From Eledone cirrhosa (Eukaryota), in the NCBI GenBank assembly GCA_964016885.1, contig OZ024745.1, forward strand, positions 44,082,001 to 44,146,000: a DNA stretch of 64,000 nt, in the 5' to 3' direction. The notes beneath the pieces are model-generated. The model did not search any database. It was not told the origin of the DNA and was given only the letters and a program-made list of their open reading frames with translations. The position numbers and the translations under genes were made by a program. Numbering within the stretch: the stretch's first letter is position 1; every line of letters starts with the position of its first letter. Positions 25,200 to 38,321 of the stretch are shown here, in pieces.

Positions 25200-25247
25200 T
25201 CAGGACTTTGCACTACTCTGAGGGTCCAGATTTTTCATCTTTTTGTC
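25200..25247 (-). CDS. TCF20: Probable last coding exon (DKKMKNLDPQSSAKS*); the exon continues 5 nt past the stop to a donor at 25194
   Basis: Acceptor tatttttttctag|GAC. Open in phase 0 to a TGA at 25202-25200, followed by CATGA|gtaagt (consensus donor). Confidence 0.65.
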   Translation of the reverse strand, partial: DKKMKNLDPQSSAKS

Positions 25248-26079
25248 CTAGAAAAAAATAAAGGGGGTGGGATAATTAAGTTTACAGCTAATTTAGGGTG
25301 CAGTAGTCAGTCAATGATGTAAATCTTATAACAGAGTTAACTTTATAGGCTAGTACTTTAAATGAGATTTTAGTGTATCATTTTGATTAGTTGTGGGAAC
25401 AGAACACACATACAGCTCATTGTATCACACCTTTGGTTTTTGGTAAGAGCATTCAAACAACAAAAATTTAAAATACACATCAAACATACGATGGAATTAA
25501 GATATATTAAAATATTTCATTTATTTAAAATATTGTGAATCCAACGGATTCGTTTGTACAACATTCCTGGCAATAACAACTGCTAATTCCTCTCCAAGTC
25601 TTCTTTTAACTATAGTTAGTGGTTCTCATGGTGTAAAAATAAACATTTTTTTTTTTAAGAGAGGAAATTAATAAAATATTGTAAATGCGATATCAAAATA
25701 TCAATTTAGTGAATTCAAGTTTTAGTAGCAATATACAGTAATCAATATAAATAAACTGTGATTGGGAAGGATTAAAATATTACCAACATTAACTATAAAT
25801 ATATGAAATTTGAGTTTTAAATTAATTTATATTTATTCCTGTTGCAAAGGAGAAAATGACATAGGGGGAGATAACTCGATGAAACACATATACGCTACAT
25901 ACACAAGGCTGGTTAACTTGAGGCTATGGTAAAAGAAACTTGCCCAATATACCACACTTGGAAACATGTGCTTGTGAAGTGAACTTTTTAACCACACAGC
26001 AATGCTGATACCTATATAACTCCAACTGTTGAAGGTCAGAGAGAGGACTGTGACAACTTAGTAACAAATAAAATTCCCT

Positions 26080-26660
26080 ACCTAAGAAGATACTTAAACA
26101 TAGGTAGTCAAGTAATATATGCTTGGCACTTAGAGAAATGTATTAAGAAACAAGACTAACTGATGCAGAAATAGATATACACACAGGAAAGTATGTCATT
26201 TTTCATAGTAACAGCAAGAAGAAGTGATAGAGGAATTGTCATGTTTATTGGTGAATATTTGTTGTTTGTAGAAATACTGTTTCACTCAACCAGGGGCAAT
26301 AACACTCTAGATATCAGCTTTAGAAACAACACAAAACTCATTCACAAAGTGAAAGTGGTGGATACAATTTTCTTTGACCATAACAAAACAGAATTAACTT
26401 TTAAAATAATTTTGGATGGTCAAAAAGAAACATTAATAATGCTATCTATTAAAGAGAAAGAGAGAGAAAAAGTCCAAATCCACCAAAATATAATTCTTAG
26501 AAACAGAAAAATTCTGACCAAACAAAAGAACAAATGTATGAAATCACTAGAAATCAAGAAGAAAATTAAAACACTTCCATGAAAAGGAGATAATTAGGCA
26601 GAGGAGAGGGAGCAGCCTGTAGAAAACATAAAATGAGCCCTAAAGTTTTCTTAAAATTCC
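26080..26660 (+). mobile_element. Highly decayed CR1-like LINE endonuclease region
   Basis: STRGNNTLDISF.N...IHKVKVVDTIFFDHN resembles the APE-endonuclease PTR..N.LDL..SDH motif. Confidence 0.55.
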
Positions 26661-27204
26661 CAAAGGAATCAGCTTTAGTGCACTATAAACTTAACCCATC
26701 ACCCAATTTAACACCAACACCTTGGGTGCCTTTAATGAAAAATTGCAAATATTCAAGCCAGATTTCTGATTGGAGAATATCTCCCTCTCTGCAACTAGTC
26801 TCAGAAATAGTTAATTTGAAAATGTTTTCACTACCTTGATGGGACACCTACAAATAAATAAGGCACAAGAGGTCTTCAACCCTATACAAGGAAGTGGTAG
26901 CTATCAATTACATAATATAATAAAGAAGGAAGATGTAATGCCAGCCATAGATAACAATTCTCTTAAAAAGACAAAGGAAATCATGGAATGATATGTCACA
27001 AACTATACGATCTGAACATTGTTGGAGGAGAGTTGATGCAACCAACTACTTGTTCAAAGGATACAATAATTCCAAATGAAATGGCACAAGTCCTGGGGGC
27101 TATTACTGTTTGTAATAATTTTCTCAGCTATGCCCTCATTTATATGAACTCCTACTAACTACGTTGACAATTATTGGTTTTGTCTAGAGTAAAGAACTGT
27201 GCCT

Positions 27205-27525
27205 AAGGCCTCCACGGGCCTGAGACTGCAAGATTGATAAGGTGCCTATGTCCTCTACAGGCCCTCTGAGGTTGCTGAGATTTACTAGGCACCCATCACC
27301 TCTACAGGCCCTCTGAGATTGCTGAGATAAGATGCCCATCACTTACACGGGGCATCTGAGACTGGTGAAATTGATAAGGTGGCTATGATCTCTACAGGCC
27401 TTCAGAGACCAGTGAGATTGATTTGATGAGGTGTCCACCACCTCCACTAGACCTCTGGGACAGCTGATAATTAGGTGCCCATGGCTTCTACAGGACCTCT
27501 GTGACTGGTGACACTGACAAGGTTA
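27205..27525. repeat. Degenerate ~40-45-bp minisatellite (ctctacaggccctctgagattgctgagatt..aggtgcc), about 7 copies
   Basis: Direct repeats are visible, with variable spacing. Confidence 0.8.
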
Positions 27526-29281
27526 ACTTTCTTCAAGTCAACTGTTGTAGGTAAAACATGGAGCGATGTCCAACTTTCTAGTTAGTGCAGAGCCTGTGGA
27601 AAGTGGTCAGGGTAGACACAGAATAGACAAATCAGTCTGGAGTGCCTATGTGAAGGTGGCATGAGACCAGCTAATTCCAAGAGACACCGGTCACTGGTAG
27701 TAATAGGAGAAACAGCAGAGACAGGCGTCAGCACATCAGTGAACCAGAGGTATGTTGGTGAATGACTATAAAATCTGGGGTTCAACACTTTGGCTGAGTG
27801 GCATGTTGTGTTCTTGAGCAGGATGCTTTGTTTTGTGTTGCTTTTCATGATATAACTGGGGGTCCCTATCACTAAAACAACCAAGAAACCTTATATGAGA
27901 TACTACTTCATACAATGCCAGCTAAACCTGCATATGTGTGAGCTGTAAATTTCAGTTCAGTTCAGTTCCATCAAGTGTTCTTTCTTTGGATGAAAATGTG
28001 GTTGCAATGCTCCACTGTGAGTCTCACCAGGAGAGATCTTGAGTAAGGTCTAGCATTTGTAGCAATCTTAGAGGTTCTAGTTGTGTTCTATTCAGGTTAA
28101 AAGGGAGAGGATGTACAATAAGGTTTTCTTGACGTGCGTAATAATTGTCGTGTGCTGTTAAAAAGATAAAAATGGTAACGCTCATTGGAAAATATTTTCT
28201 AGGACTCATTTCATAGAGTTAGTGCAAGTTTGACATGTCTAGGTTGCATGTGGAGGAGATTGGGGCTCACAAGATTAGGGCAGAATGTAGGATGGTATCC
28301 TGGGTGTTGTTGAAGGTCATGGCAAGTTGGTCACTGATGTATAAAAAGAATATGGAGGACAGAAACAAACCTGTAGGGTGCAACTGAATTGATAGAGTCT
28401 AGGTCACACACACAGCAATGGTGCCATGTGACAGGAAGCCATTGATCCAAAAGACAAGAGACTGTTGAAGCTGATATGTAGGCAGGTTTACCAGGACATT
28501 CATGTTCTAGACATGACTATGCTTTGGTTGAACATTTTGAATTTAAAGCTGGAAAGTTTCAAGTATTTTACTTTTAGCTCTTCAATATAAGACCTACAGA
28601 GATGACAATCTCAATATCACACAGATGTTATTTACAGATGAGATCAAAATGAATAACGATGCATTATTATATGCATATATTACTAAAATGGTAACAATAT
28701 ACAGATGGCAGATCATTTAGAATGAAAGAATAAGAAACTATGTTGGTTATGTGGTGAGCATTTGTTCAGAAACAGTTTTTATAAATCTTTAAAAATTTCT
28801 TTTATCTAATAGTCATAAGAAATTGGATGCAATCAATTGACTTGTTCTCTGTATAACACTAGCACTTATTTTATTATACTTGTTCTTATCCTATAATACA
28901 AGTACTTATTTTATCAATCCCAGAAAGGTAAAGGAAACAGAAAGTTAGAAATGAAATGGCAAGATGCAACAAGTAAATTTCCAATATTATTGCTATCTTA
29001 TTTAGTTAGTAAAATAAAAACAAAAACTTAATTGAACAATACACCAACAGCAAAACAAATAAATATAATAAACACTGAAGCAAAACAACTTTACAAATAG
29101 GTTTTGGGTTAGTATCAAGTATAAGGAAAGCTTTAGTGTTCTTTATCAATATTTTCTTATATTCCAAAAGGTTTAAAACAAAAACACACAAAAAGCATTG
29201 TAAATTCAACTTAAGAAATCTTGGTATATACATATATATATATGCATGTGTATGTGTTTATGTATGTATATATTTACATAC

Positions 29282-29331
29282 CTTGTGTTTTGGACAAAGC
29301 AAAGAGAAGTTTTCCTCATCAAGATAACAAC
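29282..29331 (-). CDS. TCF20: TCF20/RAI1-like PHD end exon, 50 nt (G-CYLDEENFSLLCPKHK)
   Basis: Acceptor ttatctcctttcag| and donor AAG|gtatgt. It completes the split Gly codon. EENFS..CPKHK is the characteristic TCF20/RAI1 PHD end. Too short to appear in the ORF track. Confidence 0.92.
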
Positions 29332-29799
29332 CTGAAAGGAGATAAGAAATTATATACATACAAACATACATACAAGATAGACACAAGTTTGATGTCTAGG
29401 AGAGCAATCACTTTGAATAAAAACTAATTAGGAGTAAGGAACCATACATCCTGTCAGACAACCTTGCTAGTAATGGTGCCATAATAACATGCACCTACTC
29501 CTTGCCATAAAGTGTTTGCTGATAGGAAGAGCATCCAACCAGAAAAATCTTGTCAAAAAATACAAGTTTAATCTTTGCCAGCAGGGAGAAATTAATGTTA
29601 AATGATGATAATACAGACATAGATATGTTGAGTACATTCACACATCTCAACACAAAAACTATTGGAAAACTTCTATTAAAACTGCCATCAGGCCTGACAA
29701 AGTTGTCTCAGAAAATACAGGATTTATGAATTACTGTAAAAGTTAGTACTGAATGGATATGAACATTTTGTTTAAAAATTATTGTGAAAATAAACCTAC

Positions 29800-29893
29800 C
29801 CTTTTCTGCAGCACATATGTAATGGTATTTCTGAGTGCAACCTTTATGAAGACAGCCAACCATTGCACCCCGTTCTTTGCAAATAGAACAAAT
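29800..29893 (-). CDS. TCF20: TCF20/RAI1-like PHD exon, 94 nt (ICSICKERGAMVGCLHKGCTQKYHYICAAEK-G)
   Basis: Acceptor ttttcag| (phase 0) and donor G|gtaggt (phase 1). Contains the CxxC..GA..GC...C...YHY.C pattern of the ePHD. Confidence 0.93.
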
Positions 29894-30844
29894 CTGAAAA
29901 ATATACAATAATACCATATTACTCTACAATGAAACAGTATAATGATTGAAAGGTGAAACTACTATAATCAAAATCAAATATATGGACTGTACTGGCAAAG
30001 CTGAATTGATACTGAAAAATAGAAATCAACATCATCAACATCAGTTTACATCCACTTTTCCAGGCTTAGATGGGTCAGATAGGTCCTCTACAACACAGCC
30101 TCCATCTACACACAGCGCTCCTTTATCATTTCCTCTTAGAAGTTCAGCCTTTTGAGATGAGTTCTAAGCACCTCTCCCCAGGTCTTTCTCAGTCTTCCTC
30201 AACTGCCGCTTCCATTGGCATCACCTAGCCATTCTTCATCCAGTGTTCCTTATCCATGTGCTTCACATATCAAAACTAGTGCACACTACATCCAGTTGTA
30301 AATAACTCATTTGAACAAATAAATGACCAAAATTGAACAAATATCCAACCTGTTTGCAGGGAATATTTAAATGTACATTCATAGGAAATTCAATTTATTA
30401 TATTTTTTTTTTTACAAAAATAGCTACTCATCATTACATTTAAACTAAAATATCTAACACCTTTAACTCTTAGTTACTGTATTTTTAATGAAGATACTGC
30501 CTATGATTTTAAAATCATTTTGAAAATAATCAAGAATTTAGAGGGATTTAGTAATATAACTAACTTCCAAATTATTAATCTGATGTTTGGAACATAACAA
30601 ATGTTCATCATCATTTCATTTCATTTTACGTCCGCTTTTCCCTGCTTGCAAGGTGGGACGGGAACTGATTCTGGCTTGATTTCTACAGCTGGATGCCCTT
30701 CCTAACACCAACCTCATTTACAGTGAGTGCTGGGTGCTTTTTTTGCCGTGGCGTCTACACGTCCACTTTATAGTGTGGGCTGGGTGCTTTTTTGCCGTGG
30801 CACCTCCATGACCACTTTGCAGTGGAATGATAGGGATCCCAGTA

Positions 30845-30992
30845 ACCTATCATCTCATTTCTACAGCTGAGTAAACTGGAGCAATGTAAAATAGTGTCTT
30901 GCTCAAGGAAACAACACATCACCCGGTCTGAGAATTGAACTCACAACCTTTCGATTGCAAGGCCAATGCTCTAACCACTAAGCCATGTGCCT
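30845..30992 (-). mobile_element. SINE 5' part with a well-preserved tRNA-like head
   Basis: The minus strand reads ggcttagtggttagagcattggccttgcaatcgaaaggttgtgagttcaattc, then ccttgagcaagacact..ttgctccagtttactcagctg. The latter block also occurs near 10230-10280. Confidence 0.7.
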
Positions 30993-32111
30993 CCTCTAAG
31001 CCATAAAATTATGATGAAAGGTTTTTAGATAAATATACTTATATTAGTGACATTATGCCAAAATGGAAATCATTAATTATACTGCAAGATAAAGAGAAAA
31101 TAATAAATACCAGCCTTCTTAAGACCTAGGATTTTTTTCAAGGTGACTGCTTATTTTCACTACTTTTTTTGTAAAATTCTGACACAACGAAAAAATATTG
31201 TTTAATTAAACCGATACTACAAATGCTATGGATAAACTATTTTAGGGAAATTATGACAGGAGTACAAAATGCAGATTAAAAAAAATAGCAATATTGTCAT
31301 CAACAGAAATAGCTATGGTGACACTTTGGGGTATAATAAGGTAAGTCCCTCAGCCCAAATCCTCTTCTTACTCTGCTGGTCTCTGAGACAGTTAACACCC
31401 AGCTTAGTAAATCTGCCAGACATCAAGTGATTCTTTTCTCAAGCCACAACCACACATATTTTATAAAATCATTATCCATCGACATCATTATAATTTGAAG
31501 CATTAAAGTGATAAAATGTTTACAACTTAAAAGATGTTTTTTCTCACATGAACACACAAACATAATTTCACTTCACTATAAAGCATCTCTATTATCTTCA
31601 CATCATTGGAACCACTTGGTTTTATGTAGGTATTGTATAAACCTATTTTAGACCTAATAAGAATGTTAACAAGAACATGAAAATTAGAGCATAGCTTAGT
31701 CCAAGAGCCTTCATTGTTGGCATATTTTTCTCCAATGATACTGCCTTCTGAATAGCACTGACTGCATTACCTTAAGATCTGAATCTTTATTTTAGTCTAA
31801 TAATGCACATTTTCACAAAGATCAGTCCACAAGTAAAGATGCATTTGAATTTACAAACTGGTTTTTAGAGATTTTTGTTACAGGATGTTAAGAGATAAAG
31901 AACTGTCACAAGTCATAAATATCATAAGTTATTATACAAGGGGGGATGTTATATCAAGAGACCCCCCACCCCAAAAAATCTGATGGTGCTTATTGATAAA
32001 GGGAGGTAAAAACCTCCTGCATTTTGATCACTTCTAAACTAAATCTTTTGAATTAATCCTATTGAATAAGCACTGGCATGGCATGATCATTTTGGATTTA
32101 GGGATTTAACT

Positions 32112-32113
<2 letters not shown>

Positions 32114-32172
<59 letters not shown>
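32114..32172. repeat. (TA)n microsatellite, about 29 units
   Basis: Read directly from the sequence. Confidence 0.95.
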
Positions 32173-32176
<4 letters not shown>

Positions 32177-32490
32177 ATTAAATGATTTCATGAACTTATG
32201 TTGCAACTTAAAAGTATTCCTAAACACCCACAAAATTATTAACCATCTTTCCAACAACAACCCTGAGCACCTTTTTGAATTCTATGTGTCTAATACCCAT
32301 GGACATGCTTACAAAATCAGAAAACAGTACAGCTCCCATGACTTTCAGAAACATTTTTTCACGCTCAGAGTTGCTGAAGCATGGAAGAAACTACCTGCAT
32401 CAGTTGTTAGCAGTCGGGATGCTGCATCCTTCAACATTTCCATGCTTCCCGAAATCCGCCAACACTACACCTGATATTCCCCCCTCCATA
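32173..32490 (+). mobile_element. CR1 LINE 3' end fragment next to a long (TA)n
   Basis: HKIINHL..NTHGHAYKIRKQ....FQKHFFTLRVAEAWKKLPASVV. Confidence 0.8.
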
Positions 32491-32569
32491 CACACGTATG
32501 CATGGGAGGGGAATGCATCATGACTCATACACTGTTCTCTTTCCTGACATTTGTACATTATTCTATGTA

Positions 32570-32750
32570 CTATACATGATGACTGTGTACAAAGTGTGAT
32601 GCTGCATGGTAGTGAAACATGGGCTGTGACTGCAGAGGACATGCATAGACTGAAGAAAAACGAAGCAACCATGCTCTGTTGGATGTGTAGTGTAAGTGTG
32701 AGAGAAAGGCAAAGATTGGACGAGTTGAGGGAGAAGCTGGGTTTAAGACA
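32570..32750 (+). mobile_element. RTE LINE fragment
   Basis: CVQSVMLHGSETWAVTAEDMHRLKKNEATMLCWMCSV..DELREKLGL. Confidence 0.8.
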
Positions 32751-35699
32751 TAAACGTATTTTTTCTATAAAATTATGTTCGAAAATCTTAATTTATACAG
32801 GAATGTTTGAAATGGGTGGTTTTGTTTCATAGAACCAGAGCTAGTTTTTGCTGGGTTAATATCAAAAAGGTTAACAATGCTGTTTTTTTTAAAATTTATG
32901 TGTGACACTTCACAAGGTTATATCAATACTCCTATATATGACTATTATTTATATATTTTCTAGACTGGCATGGAGTGGACAGGTTTGCAAATCTTTTCTA
33001 CAAAATAAATTATGTATATATTACCCATTTCTTATATTCAATCAAAACTACCCATTCCAGCTTGTATCTGGTACATTCAACATTTTAAAAGTAAATAAAG
33101 CAAAATAAGAAAAATAAAAAAAAATCATTTTACAAGTAAAACTTCACACACAGATAACCAGTTAATCTGATCTCAAATATGTGTAGTTATTGTTTACCTA
33201 GTGTTGTAACCTGAATCTCAATCTAGACCAGTAATTACCAAACTGTGCACTGTGAGATATACCATATATACTAAAATATAAACAGACTTGTATATACCCC
33301 ACCCCATTTTATGCCTGAGAAATGGACAAAATTCCAAACCCTGTTTATAAGCCATTATGGCAGTTTTGAAATTCTCATGAGCGGAGAAAATATTTATGAA
33401 GTTTTAATATGTCTTAAGTGTCGTTTAGAGTATAGTTTTTCTTTCATAAATCCACCACATAATGACTTTTTTACCATTTCATCTGTTTTATAAAGTTTCA
33501 AGTTTCTCGAATTTTTGTTTACTTTCAGCAACTCAAATGTTGGGAGTATTTCGCTTTCTTTTGAAGCAGACAGCAGCACCATCTCCCAAATGTAACAAAT
33601 TTTTATTCAATATATACATTGAATGAAATGTGTACCATGAAAACTTGGAAATAATTTAACATTGTACAATTATAAAAAGTTTTAGGTAGATTTTTTTACA
33701 GCGGGAGAGATGAAAGGCAGAGTGAGAAAAAGAGAGGAAGAGAGCGAGTGAAATAAAACAAGCTTGAAAGAAAATGTATAATTACTTAAGTCACAGAGAA
33801 AAACAGTCGGCTCACATATATTTATGTACACGTGTGTGTATGCATTTATGTGAAGGGAATATTTATATATTAAAGATATTTATGTATTTAAAAAATTCAA
33901 ATAATAAAACTTTATGGGAATGTTCCCAAGGCAATACATAAATAAAACTCCTGATCATATAGGAAATGTTGAAAAACAATGTTTGAGTCTGAAACAAGCA
34001 CTCCAGATATTTTAGCATCTTATTTACCTAGAATTTGAAGTTGGTGAAAATTGACAAAATACTGAGCCCGAATATAAGCCAACTCTTCATTTTACCATCG
34101 ATTATTTTGGTTGCATATTCTTTGGCTTATATTTGAGTATATATGGTAATTAGGTGCACCATGAAAGAGCAATATTCTATTTCAAAATGTAAAAAAATAC
34201 AAATTGAAATTCCTAACAAAATTCCTTCATATATGTGGGAAACAACTAAACTAAGGATGAAAACATTGCCAAAAAAAAAAAATCACCAAGTACATTTTTC
34301 TCATTGATAACTTTGCTCCATTTATTGACTAAAGCAGGAAGAACAAATATTTTTTCTGTATTGTTATATATATTTCTACTTTATGCTATATTAATTTGTA
34401 TAAATACTTCTTTGGAATAAATTTTCGAAATTAGGTACAAAGTGTGCCAAAATTTGTTTACTTGTTCTAAAGAGTGCCATGAGTAAAAAAAGTTTAGGAA
34501 TTATTTAGATTGTAATAGTACAGATAGTTAATTTTTTTTTTACCAATTCTGTGTATATCATGTTGAACAATGTGAGCTAAAGAATTTTTCAATAGCAGTA
34601 CTATGAAACTCAATAATACATTTTCACCACCACACACTAGTACACAAGAATTATTTACAGCACCAAATGTTCTGTCAGATATGTGTAACACCCTTCCCAA
34701 ATTAGGAGGAACTTGTAGACCTTTATCTTTGATATAGCATCAAAAATAAATATTTAGAATTATTTAATGTGGTATGAAAAAGTAATAATTTGTCAAATAT
34801 AAATATAATGTTGAATACATTTAGAGGTCATTAAATCATGCTTAATGCATATTAGAGATGGAGAAGAGAATGCGAATTAGAGCAAGTGAATGTATAAATA
34901 TTGGATGGATAGGTTAAGATATACACTTCACATTCAGGATATTCTGGGTTCAATCCTACTTTATGGCACCTTAGGCAACTGTTTTGGTTTGATGAAGCCT
35001 TGTGTGAAATTGGGAAGATAGTGACTGTATAGATGCCATTAGATGGACATTGCCTGTAATTCAAGGCTTGTCTTGTCACACAGGTTAAGGAAATAGAGTT
35101 GAATTGAAAATGGAATGGACCTCTGACAGTTTCAATGAAGTGTGTTTGATCAATGGAATGGCCTGCTTATGAAATTTGCTTATGAAATTAACATATAAGC
35201 AGCTGAGTATTCCAGGCATGAGTACCCTTAATGTAATTCTCATGGAGATTCAGTGTGATATAGTTGTCCCTTTGAATTACAGGTACAGTCCATCTGACGA
35301 GTTTCCAAACAGTTTCTATTTAGCTTGTTTGACTTATAAAGTGTGAGCTAACCTGAGGCTATGGTAAATGACACTTGCCTAAGCTCACAAAGTTATCATT
35401 GAAATTGTTAGAGGTAAAAATACACATATATGTACATACAAGGAACATAATGTAATACACTGTAAGCATATGATTTCAGTCTAGCTATACTCAAAAACAA
35501 TTTGTGGGTTATAATGCTGATTGAAAAACGTGGTTATGACCACACCAAAGCTGAATAAGATCCAGTTAGGTCAAAATTGCAATATTTTGGTTATTAGATT
35601 AACATTTTCATCTACAATCTTTTCCTATATATTCAGTGCAGTTGTTCTTTCTTACATAAAATCACTGTGTGTAAATACATATCCTATTCTTGTTAGCAA

Positions 35700-36760
35700 A
35701 GGAAGCCGATGTTAAACATATATATTTTCATTGTATTGTATCGTTTGTTGCATGGATTATTTTTCTTCATAAAAACAAGCGGTTTTGAGTGGGTTGGTAT
35801 AAAAGGGTTAACTAATATATAAGTCTGACCTGTGATTATTAGAGCAGACCACTTTATAGCAATATATATATATATATATATAAATATACATATTTTTTTT
35901 TTACTTCTTTCAGACATTAGTACTTATTTTTCAAGTATGGTGTTTATTTTATTGATCTCTTTTTTGTCAGACTGTTAAGTTATGGGACAGAAAAACACAT
36001 ATATATCAGTCGTTGATGTTAGGAAGGGCATCCAGTCGTAGAAAGTTTACCAAACGAGGGGTTAGGAGGAACTTTCAGTTTGTGTCAAAAGACATGACAA
36101 CTTCTATACACTTGATATGACCATATGTAAGCCAGATACATTGGTAAACCTAAGGCTATAGATAGTTGTAGACACTTACCGAAGGTGCCACGTAGTGGAA
36201 TTGAACCAGGACCATGTGGTTTCAAGGTGAACTTGACCACAACCATTTTCATCTTACATCTACCAATTATTCCATATATATTTAAAGCAGCTTCCTCTCT
36301 TAGATAAAATCTCTAGCTATATATATATATCTATACATATATGCTTTCATCACATTTCTACCATGTAGTTATTAGCTTACACAAACTAAAGAGATACATA
36401 ACAACTTTCTAAATTGCAGTAAGCTACATTAAACACCCAACAAATCATGTTTGACCCATTCCTATTCAATTGCTACACCAATTTTGCCATACACCTACCA
36501 TGATACTTTACATGAAAACACTTTAGTCAAGTTCAACTTGTTTGTTTTTTTATTAATTAAATATAATTTAGACACTATGCTAGATATTGTTATAAAGTGG
36601 TCTGCTCTAATAATCATAGGTCAGACTTATATATTGGTTAACTCTTTTGATACCAACTCAATCAAAATTGGCTGTTACTATGACAAAAATCTTAAAGGGT
36701 TCTTAGCTAAATTGAAATCCTCCAACAAAGTTTGATATAAGAACCATGTTATGTTACAAA
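35700..36760. repeat. Diverged inverted repeat: arms ~35700-35865 and ~36584-36760
   Basis: gttaactaatatataagtctgacctgtgattattagagcagaccactttatagcaatat pairs with atattgttataaagtggtctgctctaataatcataggtcagacttatatattggttaac. The peptide IKWSALII.GQTYILVN appears in opposite-strand ORFs. Confidence 0.85.
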
Positions 36761-38321
36761 TATCTTAATAATGAAATAGTTAATAATTTTAGTAAATTCC
36801 TCCAAATTCTTCAATTAAATGAAATACAGTATATTTAATTAGAAATATGGTAACAAACAGGTTAAGTAGGATGCAATTACAAAGGGAAGTTAGTGTAATA
36901 TAGAATTTTTTTAGGAGAATTCTTTGATGATACTCATGACTTGTTCATTGGTTTGGAGGTTTGAAAAAGGGTAGGGTAGTCAACAGTAGAGCTCCAACAA
37001 TAACAGTTATAACTATCAGTTTCAAATTAAAGCACACATACTCAATGACACCTAAAACAGTCAATTTTTCAGTAATTATGCAGTTATTCATGCATTGCAA
37101 AAAATATTAATTAATGTTTTGTTCATTAACATATCAATTTGGAAGCAAAATGTTATACACGTGTATCTGATAATTGTGGTTTTCATAACGTGTTTAACTT
37201 AGTCTAAGGCAAGTTACCCTTGTAGAAACCATTTCTTTCTAATGAAAGAACTGAACATACCACTAAGTACATTGATGTCATATAACATCCTCGTTAGGTA
37301 GACTGGATCATTTATAATTTAAGTGTACATGATATAGCCCAGCACTAATGTGGGTGTGCACATGCATTAAATTCAATGACATTTATTAGAAATATATAGA
37401 TTTATAAACTCGGCCAGAAAATTTCTCAACTCTACCAAGTTGCAGTTGTTGTCTATGTCAGGGGTAGGTAACTCACGGACTGTTGGCCAGTGAGGGAAGT
37501 TTTGACTGGGATATCATCAACAGATGAGTTCACTTTATAACTGTCTATAGAGACATTATTTATAAACCCATTATTATTAAGAACTTAAGTAAAACCAGAG
37601 ACTGCATATATAATATATTCTTGGCAACTAGTTTGATTAATAAATTACTAGTGAAATAACAGTGTTTTATTTCAATGTTATGCTGTACTACACAGCATAT
37701 ATCTATAGATTTTAACTAACACTTTGTATAGACAGATGAAAACTAATCTGGATGATTCCTCTTTTTCTCTTTACAAAGTTATTATATGAAGTAAAGGTGT
37801 TTACATCTAGCTATTACATAGCCACAGCTAAAGTCTATACTAGATTCCAACAAAACACATAAAACCTTAGTAAATAAACAAAACAAAATTGAAGTCGGTT
37901 GTGCTTTTCCAGAGAAACGAGACAACGATTTCTTTCAAGGTACTAGTGTAAGAACTTGGTGTGCACGGATCCATACTTCAAAACTTGCCACCAATAATAT
38001 TACAACTCATTTTCAATATCATTTTTTCCTGAAATTAGCATAATGACTTGGTCAAGATTTGAACACATCACTGTCAAAACTACCCATTTTATTATTTAGA
38101 GTCAATGTTTTCCTCCTCTCAATAGTTTTGTAGAATTTAATGCATTTTTAAATTGTTTTTCTTACTAATACCAATTGAGAATATATCTTGTTAATAAAGA
38201 GAACGGAAGGATATTTATATAAATCAATCCAAAACTAACATTACACAAACTATTTAAACATTTTCCATAAAAAATAGCTATATAGAATTTGAAAATATAT
38301 GAGAAGTAAAATGTCACTTAC

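Noticed and set aside
30930-30992. tRNA gene (A and B boxes present)
   Set aside because: There is no complete acceptor stem, and it runs directly into a SINE body found elsewhere in the window.
38250-38321. Hydrophobic C-terminal tail of the 1681-aa ORF as a membrane anchor
   Set aside because: It lies beyond the gtaagt donor at 38321 and is intron read-through. The PHD continues in the exon at 29893.
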